Origin: Bacteroidota bacterium
Lineage (GTDB): Bacteria; Bacteroidota; Bacteroidia; Flavobacteriales_D; Crocinitomicaceae
DNA: 58,648 nt
Direction: 5' to 3'
Assembly: GCA_016868915.1 (NCBI GenBank)
Contig: VGFL01000001.1
Coordinates: forward strand, 1 to 58,648
Position 1 is the first letter of the stretch. Each line of letters starts with the position of its first letter. Shown in pieces: positions 1 through 9,220 of the stretch. Under the pieces are notes generated by a model, which was given only the letters and a program-made list of their open reading frames with translations, was not told the DNA's origin and did not search any database. The position numbers and the translations under genes were made by a program.

Positions 1-113
1 TTTGGTGAGTGTAAACCGCATTAGTATTTAGTATTCAAATAGTTTTGCAAATTTCGGCTATTTATCTTTTCATGACAAATAATCTACGATCATTTACGAA
101 TAAAGTTATTGTG

Positions 114-121
114 TAACTTTG
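114..121 (+). promoter_or_regulatory. candidate Bacteroidota -7 promoter box TAACTTTG (TAnnTTTG consensus)
   Basis: Exact TAnnTTTG match 6 nt upstream of the ATG at 128. Motif only, no TSS data. Confidence 0.3.
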
Positions 122-127
122 TAAAAT

Positions 128-910
128 ATGACGTTACTTAATTTTTTGCGGCACGATATGTATAAATTTTTTGGTTTTATCCTAATTTCAGTTTTACTAA
201 ATGTATCATTAAGCTCTTGTAAAAGCGATAACTCTGGTAGTAAGAAAAAGGTTGTGGTAGACCCAAATAAACAAAGTGAATTTGATAATCTGGTTTCCGC
301 AATTGATGCCTCGCCAGCAACTGACTCATCCGTTTCTTTGCGTTTTGAAAACGATGAATTTCAACAAAAACAGTTAAGTCTATTTCTGTATGAAAATATT
401 GGCTGTACAAAATGGATTTTAGACGAACAAAAAAAAGATGGCTCAAAGAGAACTGTTAGTTTTTATTTTAATAAAGGCAAGCTTTTTCATTCGAGTGAAA
501 TAACTTTTAGCGATAATTCGGTGCGCCAGACTAATTCATATTATAATGAAAAAATGGAAGGTGTTTATTCTAGTGAGCGAAGGTCAGAAAATTATCTTGA
601 CTTAGAGAGCTCCTCGCTTAAACCAGTAAACTTCATTAAGCATAACATCAAGGAAAGTATGGATATAAAAGATGCTGTAGGTATATACGCACCTAAATTT
701 ATTGGGCTTATTAATTTTAAGGGTATCGATTTTATTCGGGTTGGGCAGAAAGAAAATGGAGGTTTTTGGACAGATCTTGTTGTTCCTGAAATGACAGATT
801 CCATAAAAAAATTAGAAAAATCCAAACCTGGAACCCCCCTGAAAATTATATTTAAAATTAAAACAATCAATGGCTTTGACCACCAAGTCATTGAAACTAT
901 TTCTTATTAA
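128..910 (+). CDS. hypothetical lipoprotein, no recognisable domain
   Basis: Intact 260-aa ORF. N-terminus has a hydrophobic stretch ending in the lipobox-like LSSC (ISVLLNVSLSSCKSD). Alternative start is M11 at 158. Sits upstream of and co-directional with the OM barrel gene. Confidence 0.55.
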   Translation: MTLLNFLRHDMYKFFGFILISVLLNVSLSSCKSDNSGSKKKVVVDPNKQSEFDNLVSAIDASPATDSSVSLRFENDEFQQKQLSLFLYENIGCTKWILDEQKKDGSKRTVSFYFNKGKLFHSSEITFSDNSVRQTNSYYNEKMEGVYSSERRSENYLDLESSSLKPVNFIKHNIKESMDIKDAVGIYAPKFIGLINFKGIDFIRVGQKENGGFWTDLVVPEMTDSIKKLEKSKPGTPLKIIFKIKTINGFDHQVIETISY

Positions 911-982
911 TCTTCGTTAGAATTCAGGAAGTTTTAGGTCGGTTGAACATAAAAGTCTAGCTTCGTGTTTTAATTTATTTTT

Positions 983-3742
983 ATGATAAAAAATATTTCT
1001 ATCTTTTTTGTGCTCTTATTTTCGGCATTAGTTCAAATCAATGCTCAAAAAATGAATGTCACCGGTCGAGTGTATGACTCAACGGGTATAAATCCATTAG
1101 AAAAGGCAGCTGTTTTGGCAGTGAGATTTAAGGATTCATTGCTGTTAGGGCATACTAGAACGGATGCAACAGGTGGATTTCGACTAAATAGTTTTCCACC
1201 AGATTCTTTTACGTTAATCGTAGAATACAAGGGATACGATGACAAATCTTTTTTCATTTTTGGTAATTATGGAAACAATGACATTAATATCCCTTCCATT
1301 AAAATGTCATCAAAATCCAAGGACTTGGAAGAGATTGTGATATTTTCAAATAAGAGTGCAATTTTTTACAGGGGAGATACATTGGTATTTGCCGCCGATT
1401 CGTTTAAAGTAGGGGAAAATGCAGTCGTGGAGGATTTATTGAAAAAATTACCCGGTATTAAAGTGGACGAAAACGGTTCTATCACTTCCCAAGGAAGAGA
1501 AATTAATCAAGTATTGGTAGATGGGGACGAATTTTTTGGTTCTGATCCAACGATTGCAACGCGAAACTTAGGTGCCAAAGGCGTGGAGTCAGTTCAAATC
1601 TATGAGAAGGATAAAGAAAATGCTAAGGCAGGCGAAGATGATAAAATTCAAGTTCTCGACTTAAAACTTAAAGAAGATGCCAAAAAAGGATTTTTTGGAA
1701 AGGTTTCCGGGGCAACAGACTTTGGTCTTACTACCGACAATCCATTCTATGAAACAGAGGTGCTCGCTAATAAATTCAAAGGAAAACAAAAAATATCAGT
1801 TTTTCTTCTAGGTTCAAATACACCAAAATCCAATTTTAAATGGGGTGACATGAACAAGTTTGGATTGGAAAATGAGAGAAATAGTTCGGGAATGAATGAT
1901 TGGAACCAAAGAAACAACAACAATACGAGCGGTATACCTCAAACAATCAAAGCGGGAATTTATTATTCTGATAAAGTTGGAAAAACAGGGAAAATTGGAT
2001 TCAACTATGCCTATTACGATAATCGATTGACTGCAAATAGTTCAAGTTATTCTCAATACTTTTTAACAGATACAACGTATTTCACAAAAGATTCCATGAA
2101 TAATATCTCATCGAATAACTCACATCGTTTCAATGTAAACTTTTCCATGAATTTAGATTCATTAACCTATTTAGAAGTTAAACCTAATATTAATCTTGAT
2201 GGCGCAACTTCAGATAATACAAGTATTTCGGAGTTTATCGGTGAATCCCAATTAAGATCGCTTGCAACGATAATCAGAAATACAAGTAATTCAAAGGGTT
2301 TAACGAGCAATTCAGAGGCGCTCTTACGTCGAAAATTCAAAAAACCGAAAAGAGAAATTGAATTAAAATACATTTTAAATTACACTAATAACTCTACCAC
2401 CGGTGATTTGTACAATACCTCGGCTTATGACTATGCTTCGGCACAAGACACAAACTTTCAGCAAAACAAGAAAAATGACAACTCTTCCATCAATCACTAT
2501 TCAATATTGACGTATACTGAACCCATTTCAAAAACAATCAAGCTTCAAGCCGAATACTTATTTGAGTTTGGGGATGTGAAACAAGACAAACGCACGTTTG
2601 ATAAAGACATTGCAACAGGTAATTTCACCGTTGAAAATACTAATTTCTCAAATAATTTTGATAACCTCCGACTTCAGAATAGAGGAACTTTAATTGGAAT
2701 TTATGAAGACAGAAAGCATACGTTTACAGCAGGTCTTGGATTTAGAAATATTTCGATTAACAATAGAAATCTTATCTTAGATACAGTTATCCCACAAAAC
2801 ATCAATAACTTCTTGCCTCAAATTAGTTATCAATTCAAACCAAGTATTAGTAAGCGTTTTAGTGTTTTTTACACGACCAACTCACAGCAGCCAAGCATCA
2901 ACGATTTACAACCTGTTCCAGATAACACAAACCCAAATCGAATTCAGGAAGGAAATCCAGGTTTAGTTCCAAACTACATCCACAACCTACGAATGAATTT
3001 TAATACCTGGTCGGCTATGACAGGAAAATACATTTGGAGTGGATTAACGGCCTCGTATACTAACGATGCCTTTGCTAATTCAACGAGTTTTGACCAGTAT
3101 GGTAGAACGGTGTCAAAAACAGTAAATGTGAACGGCAATATCTTTTCGAATGTATTTGCAGGATTTGGGTTGCCTCTTTTCAAACGAAAATTTGAGATTA
3201 ATCCAAACCTGAATGCATCATACATGCGCTACACTAACTTTATCAATGAGCAAGAAAACATAACGCAAAACAGAAGCATTGCGGGAGGATCTGATTTTGA
3301 ATTAAAATTAGATTCTTTGGAGGTGACATTGGGTGCGGATTTTAGCTATTCAAGTCCGATCAGTTCATTAACATCAGCTTCGAATACCCCATTTACAACG
3401 CAAACGTATAAACTTGATGTGGAGTGGCAGCTTCCTTTTCATTTTAAATTCAAAGCGGATGGGAAGTACATAATTAATTCAAATAGGGCTGCAGGATTTA
3501 ACCGAAACATTTTTGTAGTTAACTCTGAAATTTCAAAAGCATTTCTTCCAACAGAGAACCTCATTGTTGCTCTTTGTGCAAATGACATTTTAAACCAGAA
3601 CTTAAACCTTCAACGACAAATAAATGGAAATGTCGTAACGGATAATTATACACAAATTATCACGCGTTACTTCTTGTTGCGATTGACCTATAAGTTTAAT
3701 AATAATAAAACGAAAGAAGATGAATTCAAAGGTTGGTATTAA
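983..3742 (+). CDS. outer membrane beta-barrel family protein (CarboxypepD_reg-like N-domain, plug-like segment, OMP_b-brl_3-type barrel)
   Basis: 919 aa. Signal peptide ends in INAQ. N-terminal VTGRVYDS...GF carboxypeptidase-regulatory-like fold. LLKKLPGIKVDENGSITSQGREINQVLVDGDEFFG plug-like motif. Long Asn/Ser/Tyr-rich beta-strand region ending in an aromatic residue (KGWY). Confidence 0.75.
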   Translation: MIKNISIFFVLLFSALVQINAQKMNVTGRVYDSTGINPLEKAAVLAVRFKDSLLLGHTRTDATGGFRLNSFPPDSFTLIVEYKGYDDKSFFIFGNYGNNDINIPSIKMSSKSKDLEEIVIFSNKSAIFYRGDTLVFAADSFKVGENAVVEDLLKKLPGIKVDENGSITSQGREINQVLVDGDEFFGSDPTIATRNLGAKGVESVQIYEKDKENAKAGEDDKIQVLDLKLKEDAKKGFFGKVSGATDFGLTTDNPFYETEVLANKFKGKQKISVFLLGSNTPKSNFKWGDMNKFGLENERNSSGMNDWNQRNNNNTSGIPQTIKAGIYYSDKVGKTGKIGFNYAYYDNRLTANSSSYSQYFLTDTTYFTKDSMNNISSNNSHRFNVNFSMNLDSLTYLEVKPNINLDGATSDNTSISEFIGESQLRSLATIIRNTSNSKGLTSNSEALLRRKFKKPKREIELKYILNYTNNSTTGDLYNTSAYDYASAQDTNFQQNKKNDNSSINHYSILTYTEPISKTIKLQAEYLFEFGDVKQDKRTFDKDIATGNFTVENTNFSNNFDNLRLQNRGTLIGIYEDRKHTFTAGLGFRNISINNRNLILDTVIPQNINNFLPQISYQFKPSISKRFSVFYTTNSQQPSINDLQPVPDNTNPNRIQEGNPGLVPNYIHNLRMNFNTWSAMTGKYIWSGLTASYTNDAFANSTSFDQYGRTVSKTVNVNGNIFSNVFAGFGLPLFKRKFEINPNLNASYMRYTNFINEQENITQNRSIAGGSDFELKLDSLEVTLGADFSYSSPISSLTSASNTPFTTQTYKLDVEWQLPFHFKFKADGKYIINSNRAAGFNRNIFVVNSEISKAFLPTENLIVALCANDILNQNLNLQRQINGNVVTDNYTQIITRYFLLRLTYKFNNNKTKEDEFKGWY

Positions 3743-4460
3743 GCTAGTTACTTTCTTTTTTCTTTGTGCTTGGTTTGCGCCCGCATTCTCTCAAGATATA
3801 CTCTCGTCGGGGAAAATTGTATATGAGCGTAGAACAAACCTAGAAAAGCGCTATACAGATAAAAGAATGCGTCGAATGATTACGGAAGAAAACAAAATAA
3901 AAATGGAATCTTTTTCATTTTATTTCAACGATACTGTTTCTGTTTTTAAACCTATACTGAGTAACGTTCAAGACCCTATGGGCTGGATGACGAGTAAGAA
4001 CAGTTATTTACAATCGTTAAACTCGGAGAAACAACTCATCGTGTTCAATTTATTTGGGCAAAACTTCTACATCAAAGATTCATTGCCACAACGAAATTGG
4101 AAAATCACCGAAAATAAGCGAACTATTTGTGGTTATGAATGCAGAAAAGCTATTTATCAAAAAAACGATTCAACCCGAATTTATGCATGGTATTCTCCTG
4201 AAATTGTTCCATCCATTGGTCCAGAAGGATTTTGTGGATTGCCAGGAACCATTCTTGGTATTGCCACGGAAGATGGTGGAATCATTTATTTTGCAAAAAC
4301 AGTGGAGGCCAAGGCCCCTAAAAAAGAAGATTTAGTATTAGAAAGCGGAAAAAAAACATTTACTTTAAAAGAATTAAAACAAGAAATAGAAAATAAAATG
4401 AGTAATACATCTTGGGGAAGAGGACTAAGTTTCTTTGATGATTTATTTAGGTGGTTATAA
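3720..4460 (+). CDS. GLPGLI family protein
   Basis: 246 aa. Signal peptide ends in AFSQ. Family-defining motif present as FCGLPGTILGI. Overlaps the upstream barrel gene by 23 nt. Confidence 0.75.
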   Translation: MNSKVGIKLVTFFFLCAWFAPAFSQDILSSGKIVYERRTNLEKRYTDKRMRRMITEENKIKMESFSFYFNDTVSVFKPILSNVQDPMGWMTSKNSYLQSLNSEKQLIVFNLFGQNFYIKDSLPQRNWKITENKRTICGYECRKAIYQKNDSTRIYAWYSPEIVPSIGPEGFCGLPGTILGIATEDGGIIYFAKTVEAKAPKKEDLVLESGKKTFTLKELKQEIENKMSNTSWGRGLSFFDDLFRWL

Positions 4461-4482
4461 TCGAATTTCTCGTTTTATTTCT

Positions 4483-4490
4483 TAATTTTG
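4483..4490 (+). promoter_or_regulatory. candidate -7 promoter box TAATTTTG
   Basis: Exact TAnnTTTG match 20 nt upstream of the tatA ATG. Confidence 0.35.
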
Positions 4491-4509
4491 AATTATTAAT
4501 AAGTGAAAA

Positions 4510-4692
4510 ATGATACTAGGTGTATTTGGACCTTGGCAATTCGTCTTAATTCTTGTAGTTGTACTTTTATTGTTTGGAGGCAGAAAAATACCGGAGTTAA
4601 TGCGAGGCCTTGGAAAAGGATTGAAAGAGTTTAAAGATGCTTCAAAAGAAGAAGGATCCTCGAAAAAAGAGCCGCCAACAGAAGAAAAATAA
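4510..4692 (+). CDS. tatA: twin-arginine translocase subunit TatA/E
   Basis: 60 aa. Single N-terminal TM followed by [21 protein letters not shown] amphipathic helix signature and a charged tail. Confidence 0.85.
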   Translation: MILGVFGPWQFVLILVVVLLLFGGRKIPELMRGLGKGLKEFKDASKEEGSSKKEPPTEEK

Positions 4693-4695
4693 GCT

Positions 4696-6114
4696 ATGTA
4701 TACTACTGTAGCTGATACCCGAAATGCAATAAAATCGGGGCAATCTGCTTGTGAAATAACACTTTATTTCATTGAAAAAATAAAATCTAATCTTCACCTG
4801 AATTGTTTTTTAGAGGTTTTTGAAGCGTCTGCCATTGATCAGGCAAAAAAAATTGATTCTAAAATTAAGGCTGGTACGCAAGGTAAGCTAGCCGGAGTAG
4901 TAATCGGCATTAAAGACAATATTTGTTATAAGAATCATAAAGTTTCTGCAAGTTCCAAAATCCTTTATGGTTTCGAGTCTCTTTTCACTGCCACCGTTTT
5001 ACAGCGTTTAATCGACGAAGATGCGATTATTATCGGAAGACTAAATTGTGATGAATTTGCAATGGGAGGTTCAAACGAAAATAGCGCATTTGGAATAGTG
5101 CTAAATGCAGCCGATAACTCGCGAGTTCCTGGTGGCTCTTCAGGTGGTTCAGCCGTTGCTGTGCAAGCAGGATTGTGCGTTGCCGCCTTAGGTTCTGATA
5201 CGGGTGGTTCCATTCGTCAACCTGCCTCATTTACCGGAACATATGGTTTGAAACCTACTTATGGAGCGCTAAGTCGCTATGGTTTAATTGCTTATGCTTC
5301 TTCGTTTGACCAAATTGGAACGTTTACAAATTGTATAGAAGATACTCAGATTTTATTCGACATCATGAATGGCCCGGATGAATTTGATTCTACAGCAATT
5401 CAAACAAAAATTGAAACTACAGAACTTATGCTTTCCAAAGAACCAAAAACATTTACGGTATTTAATGAATATTTGAATGCTGATGGCATGGACCCGGAAT
5501 GTAAAGTATTTTTAGTCAATACTCTTGAGAAGTTAAAAACGGCAGGACATACGATTAAGTATGAATCTTTCCCCTACTTGAATGAGCTTGTTCCTTTGTA
5601 TTACATCCTTACCACAGCAGAAGCATCTTCCAATTTGGCGCGATTTGACGGCGTTCACTATGGGTATAGAAACCAAGAAGCGGTAGGAGTTGAAGAAACC
5701 TACGTAAAATCTCGATCCATCGGATTTGGTAAAGAGGTGAAAAGAAGAATTATGGCCGGAACATTTGTTCTTTCACACGGATATTACGATGCATACTATA
5801 CGAAAGCGCAAAAAGTTCGAAGATTAGTTCGAGAAAAAACAAATGAAATATTAAGCGCTTGTGACGTAATTTTGATGCCAACAACTCCCAGTGTTGCATT
5901 TGAATTTAATTCAGTTAGTGATCCAGTACAAATGTACTTGCAAGACATCTTTACCGTTCACGCAAACATTAGTGGAAATCCCGCAATTTCTCTTCCGTTA
6001 GGAAAACATTCATCCGGACTTCCTTATGGGTTGCAATTAATGGCAGACCATAAAAATGAGGAAATGTTATTACAGACCTCAAAAATTGTTGAAAAAATTG
6101 TTGCTCATAGTTAG
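4696..6114 (+). CDS. gatA: Asp-tRNA(Asn)/Glu-tRNA(Gln) amidotransferase subunit A
   Basis: 472 aa. Amidase signature GGSSGGSAVAV and GSDTGGSIRQPASF. Typical GatA N-terminus and length. Confidence 0.9.
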   Translation: MYTTVADTRNAIKSGQSACEITLYFIEKIKSNLHLNCFLEVFEASAIDQAKKIDSKIKAGTQGKLAGVVIGIKDNICYKNHKVSASSKILYGFESLFTATVLQRLIDEDAIIIGRLNCDEFAMGGSNENSAFGIVLNAADNSRVPGGSSGGSAVAVQAGLCVAALGSDTGGSIRQPASFTGTYGLKPTYGALSRYGLIAYASSFDQIGTFTNCIEDTQILFDIMNGPDEFDSTAIQTKIETTELMLSKEPKTFTVFNEYLNADGMDPECKVFLVNTLEKLKTAGHTIKYESFPYLNELVPLYYILTTAEASSNLARFDGVHYGYRNQEAVGVEETYVKSRSIGFGKEVKRRIMAGTFVLSHGYYDAYYTKAQKVRRLVREKTNEILSACDVILMPTTPSVAFEFNSVSDPVQMYLQDIFTVHANISGNPAISLPLGKHSSGLPYGLQLMADHKNEEMLLQTSKIVEKIVAHS

Positions 6115-6136
6115 ATGGGCGGTTTTACTCATAGAA

Positions 6137-6877
6137 ATGATTCGATATTTTTTTGAAATTTCATATAATGGAACTTCATTTTACGGTTGGCAAAAGCAAG
6201 TGGGCCAGATTTCTGTTCAAGAATTAGTTGAAACTTGTCTTAAAAAAGTATTTCAAAAGGAAAAAATAGAAATTGTGGGGTGTGGAAGAACTGATAAAGG
6301 AGTCCATGCAAGAAACTATATTTTTCATTGTGATTTTAAAGGTGAAATAAGTCCTGATACCACGGTATACAAACTCAACAAAATGTTACCTAATTCAATT
6401 TCTGTATCATCCATTTTTCCTGTAAACACAGATATACATGCGCGATTTAGCGCATCAAGCCGTACTTACCGTTATTTTATTCACCAACAAAAAGATCCAT
6501 TTCTTTCTGAATTTAGCACTTTTATTCCTCAAAAACTAGAGATTGAAATGATGAATGATTCCTGTAGATATTTACTTGGGGAGCAAGATTTTAGCTCATT
6601 TGCAAAAATTCACACTGACGTTAAAACACATATTTGTGTGGTTTATGATGCAAAATGGTTTCATATGGAAAATCAATTGGTTTTTGAAATATCAGCAGAT
6701 CGTTTCCTAAGAAATATGGTGCGCGCCATTGTTGGAACAATGCTTGACATTGGGATGAAAAAACTTATGCCAGAAAATCTTCCCAAAATAATAGAACAAA
6801 AAAACAGGTCTGCTGCGTCTAAATCCGTATCTGCAAATGGTTTGTTTTTATGGAAGGTAAATTATCCTTTTTTATGA
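6137..6877 (+). CDS. truA: tRNA pseudouridine(38-40) synthase TruA
   Basis: ORF track starts at 6056 inside gatA. The conserved TruA N-terminus (MIRYFFEISYNGTSFYGWQKQ) begins at the ATG at 6137. Catalytic GCGRTDKGVHA motif present. Confidence 0.85.
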   Translation: MIRYFFEISYNGTSFYGWQKQVGQISVQELVETCLKKVFQKEKIEIVGCGRTDKGVHARNYIFHCDFKGEISPDTTVYKLNKMLPNSISVSSIFPVNTDIHARFSASSRTYRYFIHQQKDPFLSEFSTFIPQKLEIEMMNDSCRYLLGEQDFSSFAKIHTDVKTHICVVYDAKWFHMENQLVFEISADRFLRNMVRAIVGTMLDIGMKKLMPENLPKIIEQKNRSAASKSVSANGLFLWKVNYPFL

Positions 6878-7443
6878 AATATATTTTACCCCTATTTTTA
6901 ATTTTATATTCATATGCATGTATTCGATATCATCTTGGTAAAAAACTTGGTGTCGAATATATCATTTTTGTTTTTAATAAAGCAATTGCATGGGCTGCTG
7001 CCATTTGTTTAGGTTTGAGTGTGATAAAATTTAACCGGCCTTTTATTCAGAAAAAGACGTTTGGGATTTACTCTTTTACTTTGGGATTTATTCATGTTAT
7101 TCTGACTCTTTTCATGTCATTATTTGACTTTTATCCTACTCTTTTTCACAACTCCCTTTTGACTGGATCTGGATTTTTTGTCTTATTAAGTGGAATTATG
7201 ACCTTTTTATTAATGATTTTCCCTTTACTGTGTTCCCTGTATCCAAATAAATATCCTGATAAATGGATTAAAATTGGAAAAATTGCCCTTTTTATAAATA
7301 TCTTTCATCCAATAATAATAGGATATAAAAATTGGTGGCCTACGGTAACATGGCCGTTATTTCTCCCTCCAATTACTTTACTGATTTCTCTTATATATAC
7401 AATTATTTTACTCATTTATTGGAAACAAAAAAGGGCGTCATAA
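6874..7443 (+). CDS. hypothetical polytopic membrane protein
   Basis: About five or six hydrophobic segments with His residues inside them (FIHVILTLF, NIFHPIII). The start at 6874 gives an ATGA overlap with the truA stop; the ORF track start at 6850 is also possible. Confidence 0.5.
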   Translation: MKYILPLFLILYSYACIRYHLGKKLGVEYIIFVFNKAIAWAAAICLGLSVIKFNRPFIQKKTFGIYSFTLGFIHVILTLFMSLFDFYPTLFHNSLLTGSGFFVLLSGIMTFLLMIFPLLCSLYPNKYPDKWIKIGKIALFINIFHPIIIGYKNWWPTVTWPLFLPPITLLISLIYTIILLIYWKQKRAS

Positions 7444-7453
7444 CAACGCCCTT
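7431..7453. terminator. bidirectional intrinsic terminator hairpin
   Basis: AAGGGCGT-7 nt loop-ACGCCCTT, flanked by an A-run upstream and a T-rich tract downstream. Lies between convergent genes and overlaps the stop codon of the + strand gene. Confidence 0.65.
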
Positions 7454-7479
7454 CTTATTTTAGACAGAAATTTATCTTC

Positions 7480-8304
7480 TTAACTAAACAATATGCTTTG
7501 TCCATATCCCCCCATTTCTACAGGATTAATTACAAGTACAGGTATTTTGGCATCGTTTGTAATTATATATTGCTCGTAGTTCGCTGTAATTGCCGAAAAG
7601 AAACTTGATCTATTCATATTCATTATCGCAATTAGATCCGCATCAATTGATACTCCGTACTTCACAACCTCCTTATCGAACCCGCTACCGGGTATAATCG
7701 CCGATTCCATTTCTACATTTCGTTCCGCGAAAAAACGTTTTGCGAATTGAATATTTGCTTGCACATGATGTTTTAAAAACTCATCTGTTTCATCGGGTGT
7801 TACAACGTGTACCTTCGAATTAAAATATGTTGCAAGATTCGAAACCATGGCTAATTTTTGTTTGGTTTCTTTATGCAAATCCATCGGAACAACAATATTC
7901 TTAAATCCATCTAATTTTACTTTTTTATCCTGAACGATAATAAAAGGAATATCAGAATTAATAACAACTTTTAGCGCGTGACTCCCGGTTATATGTTGCC
8001 AGCCATGGGCGCCATGTGTACCCATGAAAATTAATTCAGCATGATGTTCCTTGGCAAAATCTCCAATATCATCAAAAATATTTCCCAGCCGAACGCATGG
8101 TAAAAGCTCTACACCAAAATGATCAAACTTTTTAACAACTTTAGCTAGGTTTTCCTCGGCCTCTGTAATACTCTTATCTTTCGCCACAACATGTAAAATA
8201 TATACTTTGGCTCCAAGGGGAGCGGCTGTTCTTATAGCGTGCTCTAGAGCATTGTCCGCAATTTCTGTAAAATCGTGGGGAACAATAAATGTCTTTTTGT
8301 TCAT
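7480..8304 (-). CDS. universal stress protein family protein (tandem Usp domains)
   Basis: 274 aa. Two Usp-like halves, each ending in a G-x2-G-x9-G(S/T)-like region (FMGTHGAHGWQHITGSHALKV). Typical Bacteroidota tandem Usp length. Confidence 0.75.
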   Translation of the reverse strand: MNKKTFIVPHDFTEIADNALEHAIRTAAPLGAKVYILHVVAKDKSITEAEENLAKVVKKFDHFGVELLPCVRLGNIFDDIGDFAKEHHAELIFMGTHGAHGWQHITGSHALKVVINSDIPFIIVQDKKVKLDGFKNIVVPMDLHKETKQKLAMVSNLATYFNSKVHVVTPDETDEFLKHHVQANIQFAKRFFAERNVEMESAIIPGSGFDKEVVKYGVSIDADLIAIMNMNRSSFFSAITANYEQYIITNDAKIPVLVINPVEMGGYGQSILFS

Positions 8305-8339
8305 GTTTAAATAATTAAATTTATCAATTGAAAGTACAA

Positions 8340-8347
8340 CAAACTTA
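8340..8347 (-). promoter_or_regulatory. candidate -7 promoter box TAAGTTTG (minus strand)
   Basis: Exact TAnnTTTG on the minus strand, 35 nt upstream of the usp ATG at 8304. Confidence 0.35.
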
Positions 8348-8444
8348 GTGATTTTTTTTCTTGGAAGAAATAAATTGGCGGTGAAATATCTATCAAAGTA
8401 ACTGTGATTTAAGAATCAACTATATCTTTACTCTAAAATTAATT

Positions 8445-9215
8445 ATGTACGAAAATATTTTAATAGAATATCGTGGCCAAATTGCCAATATCACGATTAA
8501 TAGGCCTAACCAACTTAATGCGCTTAATAAAACTACAATTTCTGAATTGCACTCTTGTTTTGCAGAATTAAATGTTTCAACATCAATAAGAGTAATAATT
8601 CTAACAGGGTCAGGAGAAAGAGCATTTGTAGCCGGTGCAGATATTAAAGAATTTGCTGATTTTTCATCATCAGAAGCAGAAAAATTAGCCGCAGAAGGTC
8701 AGAGCTTATTATTTTCGTTTATAGAAAACATGTCGAAGCCCGTCATAGTTGCCATTAATGGATTTGCTTTGGGGGGTGGTTTGGAGCTTGCAATGGCTGC
8801 ACACATTAGAGTGGCATCGACAAATGCCCGAATGGGCCTGCCAGAAGTTTCTCTTGGGGTAATCCCAGGTTACGGGGGAACACAACGCTTGGCTCATCTG
8901 GTAGGGAGGGGAAAGGCCAACGAAATGATTTTCACCGCAGGAATGATCGATGCGTCTGAAGCACTCACTTGGGGGCTTGTAAACTACGTGGTAGAACCTC
9001 AAAACTTAATGATTAAAACCCAAGAAATTGCAACGAAAATAATTCAAAATTCAGCAACTGCCATTTCTTCCGCTATTGCCTGTATTAATTCAAACTACAA
9101 AGATGGTGTAGATGGATTTCAAACTGAGATTCGAGAATTTGGTCGCTGTTTTGGAACAAAAGATTTTAAAGAGGGGACGACTGCGTTTTTGGAAAAGAGA
9201 AAAGCAAATTTTTAA
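8445..9215 (+). CDS. enoyl-CoA hydratase/isomerase (crotonase) family protein
   Basis: 256 aa. FVAGADIKEF and GFALGGGLELAMAAH oxyanion-hole motifs. Confidence 0.85.
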   Translation: MYENILIEYRGQIANITINRPNQLNALNKTTISELHSCFAELNVSTSIRVIILTGSGERAFVAGADIKEFADFSSSEAEKLAAEGQSLLFSFIENMSKPVIVAINGFALGGGLELAMAAHIRVASTNARMGLPEVSLGVIPGYGGTQRLAHLVGRGKANEMIFTAGMIDASEALTWGLVNYVVEPQNLMIKTQEIATKIIQNSATAISSAIACINSNYKDGVDGFQTEIREFGRCFGTKDFKEGTTAFLEKRKANF

Positions 9216-9220
9216 GGTAA

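Noticed and set aside
40-47. TAGTTTTG -7-type box near the window start
   Set aside because: No plausible ORF start follows it; the nearest ATG opens a 14-codon frame. It may belong to a promoter for the 128-910 gene with a long leader, or be a chance match.
4054-4335. 93-aa + strand ORF in another frame of the GLPGLI gene
   Set aside because: It is fully nested in a gene whose frame is fixed by the GLPGLI motif and signal peptide, and it carries no independent signals.
6056-6136. N-terminal extension of truA in the ORF track (overlaps gatA by 59 nt)
   Set aside because: The conserved TruA N-terminus starts at the internal ATG at 6137. The extension has no conserved features and overlaps the gatA coding sequence.
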